Shown piece by piece: positions 48,824 through 56,871 of a DNA stretch of 64,000 bases. The DNA is from Chloroflexota bacterium. Lineage in GTDB: Bacteria > Chloroflexota > UBA6077 > JACCZL01. The translations under genes and the position numbers were made by a program. A model generated the notes under the pieces. It had not been told where the DNA came from, ran no database searches, and was given only the letters and a program-made list of their open reading frames with translations. The stretch is taken from contig JAXLXE010000002.1 of assembly GCA_046328115.1 (NCBI GenBank), forward strand, positions 59,578-123,577, in the 5' to 3' direction. Position 1 is the first letter of the stretch, and each line of letters begins with the position of its first letter.

Positions 48824-50437
48824 ATGAAGACCACACATCACGGGGCCACACACCGCTTGACACGAGGGGCGGCCCTCGCCGCGGCACTGCTGCTAGGTAT
48901 AGCGCTCATCCATCCGGCGGCTGGGCAAGCTGACCCACGGGCGTTCCCCCAGACAGGCTTTCGTGTTGACAATGAGCTGATCTGGGACTTCTACAGTAAG
49001 CATGGCGGTGAGGCCGCCATAGGCCCGCCTGTCTCGCGGACATTCCTGCTTCGCGGCAGCCCCACCCAGATCTTTGAGCGCCAAGCACTCCAGATCGTCG
49101 GCGGCGTCGTTCGTACGGTTCCGATCCTGGATCGTGACTTCCTGCCTTACCCCACACTGGGTGGCGCCAACTTGCCGCCCGTGAACCCGGACATATTCTG
49201 GACATCGCCGCCCACGGCCGGAGCAGATCTGCGCACGGCGATGGCCGACTTCGTGCAGAACACCGCTGGCGACTTCTACGACGGCCAGCCCGTGAGGTTC
49301 TTCCAGACCCTGATGGAACCCCACACGGGCAGCCGTGAGGAGCGTATCCAGGCCGCCACAGAGATCTGGGGGCTCCCTGCCTCACGCCCCACCCGCGATC
49401 CGCTCCAGACGGACATCATCTACCTACGCCTCGAGCGCGGAGTGCTGCGATACGACAGCGCGTGCCGTTGCGCTGAGCCGCTCAAGCTTGGCGCGCTGCT
49501 AAGATCGGTCCTGACTCGCCGCGACCTCCCCGGTGATCTCGCGGCAGCCGCGGCGGACAGTCCGCTATTCGGCCAGTACGACCCCGTCACCGGGACGGGC
49601 CCCACGAGGCCCGCGGATTTGCCTGAGTCGGCGCTCGCAAACGCATTTGTTTCCGGGAGCAGCGACGGAGCGGTTGCCTCGGCTCCAGCGCCAACGGCCA
49701 CGGCCGTGGCCACGGCCACGGCGATTCCGCGCGAACCGGCGCCGGCCACGGCCACCGCGACGAAGGCGACCACCGTCACCACCGCCAGAGGGACCACAAG
49801 CACCACTGCCGACGCCGCCTCCGCGCAGGCAACGGCTACGCCCGCACCCATCAAGGGAGACCCCAGGAAGCTGGTGCTCAAACTGGACGAGGTGGGGAAG
49901 AACGCGAAGCTGGAGGAGAAGGAAAGCGATGGCGACGCGCGACAGATCTCCTACGCCGTCCGGTATCAGCGCCCCCAGACGTTTGGGAACTTCCACTCTG
50001 GCCCCGTCACGATCTACTCCAAGGCCATCATCTGTCGCGACGTGGAAACCGCGCGGCAGATCTACGAAGCAGAAGTAAAGCGCAATCCACGACTACCGGA
50101 AGCCACGGCGCGCAAGGGCGGAACGGCTGAGTACGACGTGGGTGCTGACGCGTTCGATGTTGGGGATGAGGCGGCCGGCATCACCTTCTGCAATGGCGAC
50201 TGCAACGCGAACAAGGACATCTACACGCATCACCGGGCAGTATTCAGGGTCGATAGAACCGTGGGCATCGTGTACACGTACGGCCTGGAGGATCCTGAGG
50301 GAAACGTGAAGTTCTACAACCGGCTGTTCGTCAGCTACGTCGTGGGTCGCGCCCGCCCGCCGGCTGATCCCTCGGCGCAGCCCACCGGTGAAGAGCCAGA
50401 CCCAGGCGAAGGCGGCGAGGCGCCCGCCGCGGAATAG
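48824..50437 (+). CDS. Secreted hypothetical protein with Ala/Thr-rich linker
   Basis: Signal peptide GAALAAALLLGIALIHPAAGQA. Two globular parts joined by an ATATAVATATA...TTVTTARGTTSTT linker. Confidence 0.6.
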   Translation: MKTTHHGATHRLTRGAALAAALLLGIALIHPAAGQADPRAFPQTGFRVDNELIWDFYSKHGGEAAIGPPVSRTFLLRGSPTQIFERQALQIVGGVVRTVPILDRDFLPYPTLGGANLPPVNPDIFWTSPPTAGADLRTAMADFVQNTAGDFYDGQPVRFFQTLMEPHTGSREERIQAATEIWGLPASRPTRDPLQTDIIYLRLERGVLRYDSACRCAEPLKLGALLRSVLTRRDLPGDLAAAAADSPLFGQYDPVTGTGPTRPADLPESALANAFVSGSSDGAVASAPAPTATAVATATAIPREPAPATATATKATTVTTARGTTSTTADAASAQATATPAPIKGDPRKLVLKLDEVGKNAKLEEKESDGDARQISYAVRYQRPQTFGNFHSGPVTIYSKAIICRDVETARQIYEAEVKRNPRLPEATARKGGTAEYDVGADAFDVGDEAAGITFCNGDCNANKDIYTHHRAVFRVDRTVGIVYTYGLEDPEGNVKFYNRLFVSYVVGRARPPADPSAQPTGEEPDPGEGGEAPAAE

Positions 50438-50675
50438 GTCAAACCACGATGCCGCCCATCGGAACAGACGGGGCGGCTCCGCGGAGTCCTTGTGAGCATT
50501 CGCCTGGCCGGCGTATCATTGGGACTGAGTTGCGAAGCGCCCCAGGGTGTCACAGCACTCCACCACAACGACGCTAGTTCAGGCCGTGGTGAATTACGGC
50601 GGGGGCATCCGCCGATGACGCGTGTGCCGCGCGCGTTGCGCCAGGCATTAACCCTCAAGGATCGGCGCCAGCAGC

Positions 50676-50993
50676 ATGCCTTCAACACGAGCACCCAGCA
50701 CCAAGCTGACCGCCCGCCCGGCAAGTCGCCAGCGTCCGGCTCGGGCTCCCATCGCCGCGGCCGGGCGCCGTCTTGGCCTTGGCCAGGGCGGTCAAGGCCT
50801 GCTGGAGTTCGTTCGCGAGCTACGTGCGGAGATCCGCAAGGTCATCTGGCCAACGCGTAAAGAAGCGATCAACATGACCGTTGTGGTCATTGCCATGTCC
50901 GCCGCGCTCGGCGCATTCCTGGGAGGCGTGGACTACCTGTTCCAGGAACTGTTCCGGCTGCTGCTGCAGAGCGCCGGTGTTGCCGGCTATTAG
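50676..50993 (+). CDS. secE: Preprotein translocase subunit SecE
   Basis: EFVRELRAEIRKVIWPTRKEAINMTVVVI plus a single TM. Immediately upstream of nusG. Confidence 0.85.
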   Translation: MPSTRAPSTKLTARPASRQRPARAPIAAAGRRLGLGQGGQGLLEFVRELRAEIRKVIWPTRKEAINMTVVVIAMSAALGAFLGGVDYLFQELFRLLLQSAGVAGY

Positions 50994-51013
50994 GTCCTCG
51001 GAGGGGTCATCTG

Positions 51014-51643
51014 ATGCCACGTAGCGCGAGAACCGCCGTAGAAGACGTCGTCCCTGAAGACGTCGTGGCACTCGAGGAGGCGGAAGACGGGGACGAGCAG
51101 TCGCTCGCCGACCGCGAAGGCGCGCAGTGGTACGTGATCCACACGTACTCCGGCTATGAGAACAAGGTCAAGACCAATCTGGAGCACCGGGTGGACTCCA
51201 TGGGTGTCCAGGACAAGATCTACCAGGTGGTGATCCCCACCGAAGAAGAGATCGAGATCAAAGACGGCCAGCGGCGTACTGTGCAGAAGAAGGTCTTCCC
51301 CGGCTACGTGCTGGTGGAGATGCAGATGTCGGACGACTCATGGTACGTCGTCCGTAATACCCCGGGCGTGACCGGATTCGTCGGGAGCGGCACCAAGCCA
51401 AGCCCCCTCGACGACTCCGATGTGAAGCGCATCCTGAAGCAGATGAAGATGGAAGCGCCAAAGGTGAAGGTGAGCTTCACACTGGGCGAACGCGTCAAAG
51501 TGGTGGATGGCCCGTTCACCGACTTTATCGGTGTGGTGGACTCCATCAACGCGGAGCGCGGCAAGGTCCGGGTCCTCGTCTCGTTCTTCGGGCGCGAGAC
51601 ACCCGTTGAGCTTGACTTCCTCCAGGTCTCCCGCATCACCTAG
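51014..51643 (+). CDS. nusG: Transcription termination/antitermination factor NusG
   Basis: WYVIHTYSGYENKV and the KOW motif GERVKVVDGPFTDFIGVV. Acidic ~35 aa N-terminal extension. Confidence 0.95.
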   Translation: MPRSARTAVEDVVPEDVVALEEAEDGDEQSLADREGAQWYVIHTYSGYENKVKTNLEHRVDSMGVQDKIYQVVIPTEEEIEIKDGQRRTVQKKVFPGYVLVEMQMSDDSWYVVRNTPGVTGFVGSGTKPSPLDDSDVKRILKQMKMEAPKVKVSFTLGERVKVVDGPFTDFIGVVDSINAERGKVRVLVSFFGRETPVELDFLQVSRIT

Positions 51644-51706
51644 ACTCAGCAACGCTCGCCGCTCCGCGCACGGCCTCGCGGCGAGGCCAGAACAGCAAGA
51701 GGGAAC

Positions 51707-52132
51707 ATGGCCAAGAAGGTACGCGCCATCATCAAACTCCAGATTGACGCCGGCAAGGCCACGCCGGCGCCGCCCGTCGGTCCCGCGCTGGGTCAGCACG
51801 GCGTGAACATCATGGGCTTCGTGAAGGAGTACAACGAGCGCACGGCCGCCCAGGCGGGCACCGTGGTGCCCGTGGAGATCACGGTCTTCGAAGATCGCTC
51901 GTTCACGTTTGTTCTCAAGACCCCGCCAGCATCAGAGCTGATCAAGAAGGCGCTCAATGTTGACAAGGGTTCTGGTACCGCAGGCCGTGAGACGGCCGGG
52001 ACCATCCCAAGGTCCAAGGTGAACGAGATCGCCAAGATCAAGCTTAAGGATCTGAACGCCACCACCATCGAAGCCGCGGAGAAGATCATCGAGGGAACGG
52101 CCCGCAGCATGGGCGTCACGGTGGGTGACTAA
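51707..52132 (+). CDS. rplK: 50S ribosomal protein L11
   Basis: [38 protein letters not shown]... Confidence 0.97.
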   Translation: MAKKVRAIIKLQIDAGKATPAPPVGPALGQHGVNIMGFVKEYNERTAAQAGTVVPVEITVFEDRSFTFVLKTPPASELIKKALNVDKGSGTAGRETAGTIPRSKVNEIAKIKLKDLNATTIEAAEKIIEGTARSMGVTVGD

Positions 52133-52246
52133 GAGGCAGCCCTTCTCAGACGCTCCGCGCAGACTCAACCCAACCACTCCGCTGGCGGCGACGCCGGCGG
52201 CCGGTGGGAGCCTCGGACAGAGGCGTTAGCACCACGGGAGGTACAC

Positions 52247-52948
52247 ATGGCAGGAAAGAAGTACGAAGACGCGCTCAAGCAGCTAGACCGCGCCAGGCTC
52301 TATGAGCCACAGGAGGCACTGGATCTGCTGAAGCAGGCGCGCGTGGCGAAGTTCGACGAGACCGTTGAGCTTCACGTGCGAACGGGGGTGGACCCCCGTC
52401 ACGCCGACCAGGTGGTTCGGGGTTCTGCCGCGCTTCCGGCGGGCACCGGTAAGACCCGCCGCGTCGTGGCGTTCGCGCAGGGCGACAAAGCCCGCGAGGC
52501 GGAAGAGGCCGGAGCTGACGTCGTGGGAGCCGACGATCTGGTGCAGCGAGTCCAGGGCGGGTGGCTGGAATTTGACGTGGCTGTGGCGACGCCTGACATG
52601 ATGGGGCTGGTAGGACGGCTGGGCCGCGTGCTCGGGCCGCGTGGCCTCATGCCGAACCCCCGCACCGGCACCGTAACGCCTGACGTCGGCCGAGTCATTC
52701 GCGAGGTGAAGGGTGGCCGGATAGACTTCCGCGTGGACAAGACAGCCGTCATCCACATGCCCATTGGTCGCGTATCGTTCACCGGTGAGCAGCTCATGCA
52801 GAACCTCTCCGCCGCGCTAGACGCGGTGGTACGAGCGAAGCCGTCAGCGGCGAAAGGGCAGTACATCCGCTCCATCACCGTGGCTACGACCATGGGTCCC
52901 GGCCTCAAGCTGGAGCTTCAGCCGGCGCTGGCCCTGGCTGGCAGCTAA
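52247..52948 (+). CDS. rplA: 50S ribosomal protein L1
   Basis: [25 protein letters not shown] and the rest of the typical L1 sequence. Confidence 0.97.
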   Translation: MAGKKYEDALKQLDRARLYEPQEALDLLKQARVAKFDETVELHVRTGVDPRHADQVVRGSAALPAGTGKTRRVVAFAQGDKAREAEEAGADVVGADDLVQRVQGGWLEFDVAVATPDMMGLVGRLGRVLGPRGLMPNPRTGTVTPDVGRVIREVKGGRIDFRVDKTAVIHMPIGRVSFTGEQLMQNLSAALDAVVRAKPSAAKGQYIRSITVATTMGPGLKLELQPALALAGS

Positions 52949-52959
52949 CACCAGGGCAT

Positions 52960-53150
52960 CCGTTACACTCCCCATCCGACATAGCCGTCAATCGAATAGT
53001 TGCTCATGACAGCGGGCGCGCCCTAAGCGCTTAATCAGCCCCCGCCGAGGCAAGCAATAATCCGCTAATCAGTGGAATGTATTGCGCCCCGGCTACGGTC
53101 GGGGCGCTTCAGGTTAAGCCCGCCGCCAGTGTGAATCAACGTGTGGAGGT
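52960..53150 (+). promoter_or_regulatory. Possible rplJ (L10) leader
   Basis: 208-nt gap of lower GC before rplJ, with the hairpin GCGCCCCG-gctacggt-CGGGGCGC. Assigned by position only. Confidence 0.3.
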
Positions 53151-53156
53151 GAGACG

Positions 53157-54110
53157 GTGGCATCTGTCACCGAAGTACGAGAGCAGAAAGAACAGGTCAT
53201 TGAGACGCTCAGAGGTAAGCTGGAGCAGAGCCAGCTTGTGGTACTCACCGACTACCGCGGTCTGACCGTCTCGGAGATGGCCGCGTTCCGCGGCAAGCTC
53301 CGAGAGGTCGGGGCTGAGTACCACGTGGCCAAAAACACGCTCGCCCGGTTCGCGGCGGAGCGCGTTGGCAAGAGCGCGATCTCACCGGATCTCGAAGGGC
53401 CAACCGCGATCGCCTTTGGCCTGGAAGAGCCCACGGCGTTGGCAAAGGCCATCGCGGACTACATCCGCACCTCTCGCACGACCCTGCTGACGGTGAAGGC
53501 CGGCCTATTGGGCGACCGTCGTCTCAGCGCGGAGGAAGTGGCAAACCTGGCTGAGATGCCCACGCGGGATGTGGCGCTCGCCCAGGTGCTGGGATCGGTT
53601 GTCTCACCCTTGACCGCGTTCCTGGGGGTCATCTCAGCCCCCATCCAGGATCTCATTGGCATCATCGAAGCCCGTCGGCTCCAACTAGAGGAGTCCGGAG
53701 CATCAACTGAAGGAGGCGCATCCGTGGCCAACGAAGAGCTCATCGCAACACTTGAGAAGATGACCGTGCTCGACCTGGTTGAGCTGAAGAAGAGCCTTGA
53801 GGAGAAGTGGGGCGTCACCGCTGCCGTGGCCATGGCGCCCGCCGCGGCAGCGGGCGGTGGTGGTGCCGCGGCGGCGGCCGCGGCACCGGTGGAAGAGCAG
53901 ACGGAGTTCAACGTCGTGCTCACTGACTTTGGAGCCAACAAGATCAACGTGATCAAGGCCGTCCGCGAGCTGACGAGCCTGGGGCTGAAGGAGGCCAAGG
54001 ATCTGGTGGAGGCCGCCCCGAAGTCCGTCAAGGAGTCCGTGCCAAAGGACGAGGCCGATGCCGCGGCGGCGAAGCTCCGCGAGGCCGGCGCGACAGTCGA
54101 GGTCAAGTAG
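53157..54110 (+). CDS. rplJ: 50S ribosomal protein L10 ORF that continues in frame through L7/L12 (no rplJ stop codon)
   Basis: L10 sequence to ...[21 protein letters not shown], then L7/L12 sequence in the same frame to the stop at 54110. Confidence 0.85.
   Translation: MASVTEVREQKEQVIETLRGKLEQSQLVVLTDYRGLTVSEMAAFRGKLREVGAEYHVAKNTLARFAAERVGKSAISPDLEGPTAIAFGLEEPTALAKAIADYIRTSRTTLLTVKAGLLGDRRLSAEEVANLAEMPTRDVALAQVLGSVVSPLTAFLGVISAPIQDLIGIIEARRLQLEESGASTEGGASVANEELIATLEKMTVLDLVELKKSLEEKWGVTAAVAMAPAAAAGGGGAAAAAAAPVEEQTEFNVVLTDFGANKINVIKAVRELTSLGLKEAKDLVEAAPKSVKESVPKDEADAAAAKLREAGATVEVK
53724..54110 (+). CDS. rplL: 50S ribosomal protein L7/L12 (internal initiation)
   Basis: AAGGAGG at 53710-53716, then 7 nt, then GTG 53724. 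(V)[30 protein letters not shown]...[12 protein letters not shown]...AGATVEVK. Confidence 0.85.
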   Translation: MANEELIATLEKMTVLDLVELKKSLEEKWGVTAAVAMAPAAAAGGGGAAAAAAAPVEEQTEFNVVLTDFGANKINVIKAVRELTSLGLKEAKDLVEAAPKSVKESVPKDEADAAAAKLREAGATVEVK

Positions 54111-54273
54111 TCGGCGGGGCCGGGGGGGACGCGCCGCCCCGGCCCCATACGATCCCTTCGCGCGTTCTTGAGACAATTGTTACACCGGTCACTGGCGGGG
54201 TTCGCGTAGAATACGTAACCAGCCAGGTTCAGCGGCATCGCCGCTCCGGCCAGTCAGCACCAGGAGCACCAAG

Positions 54274-54903
54274 ATAACGTCTTCACGGAACGCACCCCCC
54301 CGGCCCCCGGCGGGCCCCCGCATCAATCGCGCAATCCGCGTACCTGAGGTGCGCCTCATCGACGAGGACGGTTCTCAGCTAGGGGTGGTTCCCACGCTTC
54401 AGGCGTTGGAGATGGCTCGCTCTCGAGACCTCGACCTGGTGGAGGTGGCTGCCAACGCCATGCCGCCGGTGTGCAAGCTGCTCGACTATGGACGGTTCAA
54501 GTACGAGCAGACCAAGAAGGAGCGGGAAGCCAAGAAGCACCAGCACACATCTGAGCTCAAGGAGCTCAGGCTCCGTCCTCGCACTGATGACCACGATCTG
54601 GACGTGAGGTCGCGGGCCGCGCGGCGCTTCCTGGAAGAGGGCCACAAGGTGCGGTTGCTGGTGCGATTTCGAGGACGAGAAGCTGCTCATCCCGAGATCG
54701 CACGGGCACAGATCGATCGAATAGCCAAATCGCTGACGGACATCGCCGTAGTAGAGCAAGGCCCACTAATGGAGGGCCGCGCCATGTTCGCCGTGCTGGC
54801 GCGCGGCAAAGCCAGCAGCCGCCCACGCGCAGACGGTGCCCCGCAGCCGGCGGCGGCCGTACAGCCCATGCCAGCCGCACAGCCCGCCGCGCCTTCAAAC
54901 TAG
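54274..54903 (+). CDS. infC: Translation initiation factor IF-3, non-canonical ATA start
   Basis: Conserved RINRAIRVPEVRLID lies upstream of the first canonical start (GTG 54349). The frame opens at 54172. AGGAG at 54262-54266 is followed 7 nt later by ATA at 54274. Confidence 0.8.
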   Translation: MTSSRNAPPRPPAGPRINRAIRVPEVRLIDEDGSQLGVVPTLQALEMARSRDLDLVEVAANAMPPVCKLLDYGRFKYEQTKKEREAKKHQHTSELKELRLRPRTDDHDLDVRSRAARRFLEEGHKVRLLVRFRGREAAHPEIARAQIDRIAKSLTDIAVVEQGPLMEGRAMFAVLARGKASSRPRADGAPQPAAAVQPMPAAQPAAPSN

Positions 54904-55062
54904 CCGCGCCCAACGCGCCCAGTGGCTCGGAACGCCCCCAGCGGCGAGGCTAGCGCGTTAATGACGCGCTGCCGACACGTTTCTGCGCCCTGCCTCGTTT
55001 ACGGATAAGAGCACGGCTCACCGCTACGGTGAGCCGACGAGAATTGAGCAGGGGAGCTGGCG

Positions 55063-56049
55063 GTGCAACTGGCGGCCGGCATCAACGCGACCCGGATGCC
55101 ACCGAGGAGCGGCGCTGAGGAAGCAACGCCCTCGGGCCACGCATCCGGCAAGAAAGTAGGCCTGTTCGCGGCGGCCTGCAGTCTGGCGCTCTGCGCGCTG
55201 TTCTATCTTGACGCTCGGGGCTCCAGCCTGGACCGCGTAATCGCGCTCACCGGCGCGGTGATTCTAGGCGTGGAGGCGTTCCTCTCCCTCTGTCCCTGGC
55301 GGCCACGATTCACTAGACCCCAGAGGCGGCGGATGGGCATCCCTGCCACTCGGCAGGCCGCGGCCGTGGTGGAAGACGCCGCCCCACCGTCGGCAGCTCC
55401 GGTTCTCGTTGAGTCACCGTCCGCGCCAACGGAGCCCGCGGCCGGGACCTGGACGCCGCCGACGCGCCGTAGTGAGCCTCGGCCCGCGCCCGAATACTAC
55501 GCAAACGTAGTGGCGTTGCGCAGTCAGCTCAGTTTCGCGGCGCCGCGAAATCGCGCCCGCCGGGTCGCCTTTGCAGCCGGTGCGCTCATCGTGTGGCTAT
55601 TCATCGGCTCGAGCTACCTCGATCCCAGCGGTTCGCTATCCGCACAGGCGGACGGCCTCCCCTTAGTGCAGAGCGTGACGGGAACGGCACGGGCGCTCCT
55701 CAGTCAGCTACCCATTCCAAGGTCATCTGCCGTAACGTCCTCCCCAACGGCGGCAGATCCGTCTGCCTTCAAGCCATTCTGGGTGAAGAACCACCGCATC
55801 ACCGAGATGTGGAGCGGCTCAGGCGAAGACAAGGCCGCCGTGAGTTTCGGCGCCACGTCCCACCAGTTCTGTTCGTTCCTGGTTGTGCGTCCAGAGAATC
55901 ATGGCCGGCTGTACGTGCTGAACCTGGCCACGCGAAACTACCATTGGATAGATTCGGATGCCGTGGGGCCCGCGCCATCCGAGCCGCCCACGGAGAAGGG
56001 CCCCGCACCCGCCGGACGGAACTGCGGCGAAGTCCGCTACGACAGCTAG
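55063..56049 (+). CDS. Hypothetical membrane protein with Pro-rich linker
   Basis: GTG after GGGGAG. Two TM segments, a Pro/Ala linker and a C-terminal globular part (FKPFWVKNHRITEMWSG...). Confidence 0.5.
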   Translation: MQLAAGINATRMPPRSGAEEATPSGHASGKKVGLFAAACSLALCALFYLDARGSSLDRVIALTGAVILGVEAFLSLCPWRPRFTRPQRRRMGIPATRQAAAVVEDAAPPSAAPVLVESPSAPTEPAAGTWTPPTRRSEPRPAPEYYANVVALRSQLSFAAPRNRARRVAFAAGALIVWLFIGSSYLDPSGSLSAQADGLPLVQSVTGTARALLSQLPIPRSSAVTSSPTAADPSAFKPFWVKNHRITEMWSGSGEDKAAVSFGATSHQFCSFLVVRPENHGRLYVLNLATRNYHWIDSDAVGPAPSEPPTEKGPAPAGRNCGEVRYDS

Positions 56050-56070
56050 CTCCCGCTCCTACAGCGCGTG

Positions 56071-56793
56071 TCAGGCGCGGACGCGGGAGCGAACGATCAG
56101 GCCGATCATCCGCAAGCCCACCGTTACGGCCGTCTTGACGGAACCCGTGATTTTCGACTCGCCAACTCGTCCGCGATAGTTCACCGGCACTTCTATCACG
56201 CGCAGACGGCGGCGGAGGGCCGCGATGACCATCTGCGGTAAGAAGTGTGAGCTGGTGACGGTAAGGTCCGGCAGGATCGCCTCCACCGTGGACCGGTGCA
56301 GCAGGCGCAGCGTGCACCCGCAGTCCGAGAGCGACGGTCCGCCAAACAAGACCTGTAGGAGCTTGGCCACCGCGACGTTGCCCACGCGGAGGAACCACCC
56401 CATGTTTGCCTGCGCCCAGATAAGGTCGCGCGTGGTCCGCGTGCCCATGACCATATCGAACTCGTCAGAGTAGGCCAGAAGTTTCAGCACGTCCTTGGGC
56501 ACAAACGTCCCGTCCGGCTCCGCCAGAATCACGATGTCACCGTCTGCCTCGCGGAGGCCTCGCTGCAACGCGGCACCGTACCCTTGCCGTGCCTCCTGAA
56601 CCACGCGCGCTCCCGCCCGTGAAGCCAGCGACGCGGTCTCGTCTCGCGAGTTGTTGTCTACCACCAGCACCTCGTCAACGGCCTCGATCGCACGAAACTC
56701 GCTGACCGCCAGTGCGATGTTTGCCGCCTCGTTGTAAGCGGGAAACACCACGACCACGCGCTTCGACTGCCACACGGGGGCGAAGGTTAGCAA
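56071..56793 (-). CDS. GT2 polyprenyl-phosphate glycosyltransferase (DPM1/GtrB/CsbB-like)
   Basis: VVVFPAYNEAANI, VVDNNSRDET, EPDGTF (DxD-like), and no large TM domain. Confidence 0.85.
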   Translation of the reverse strand: MLTFAPVWQSKRVVVVFPAYNEAANIALAVSEFRAIEAVDEVLVVDNNSRDETASLASRAGARVVQEARQGYGAALQRGLREADGDIVILAEPDGTFVPKDVLKLLAYSDEFDMVMGTRTTRDLIWAQANMGWFLRVGNVAVAKLLQVLFGGPSLSDCGCTLRLLHRSTVEAILPDLTVTSSHFLPQMVIAALRRRLRVIEVPVNYRGRVGESKITGSVKTAVTVGLRMIGLIVRSRVRA

Positions 56794-56871
56794 ACTTGGC
56801 TAGTATCCTCACGCGCGTCACTTCGGACATCGCGTCACGCATCATTCCAGAGCCCCGAGGCATAAGCTGGT

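Noticed and set aside
50540-50620. Possible tRNA-Trp upstream of secE (CCA-containing loop-like segment)
   Set aside because: No acceptor or T-arm pairing could be drawn, and the would-be anticodon loop violates the purine-37 rule.
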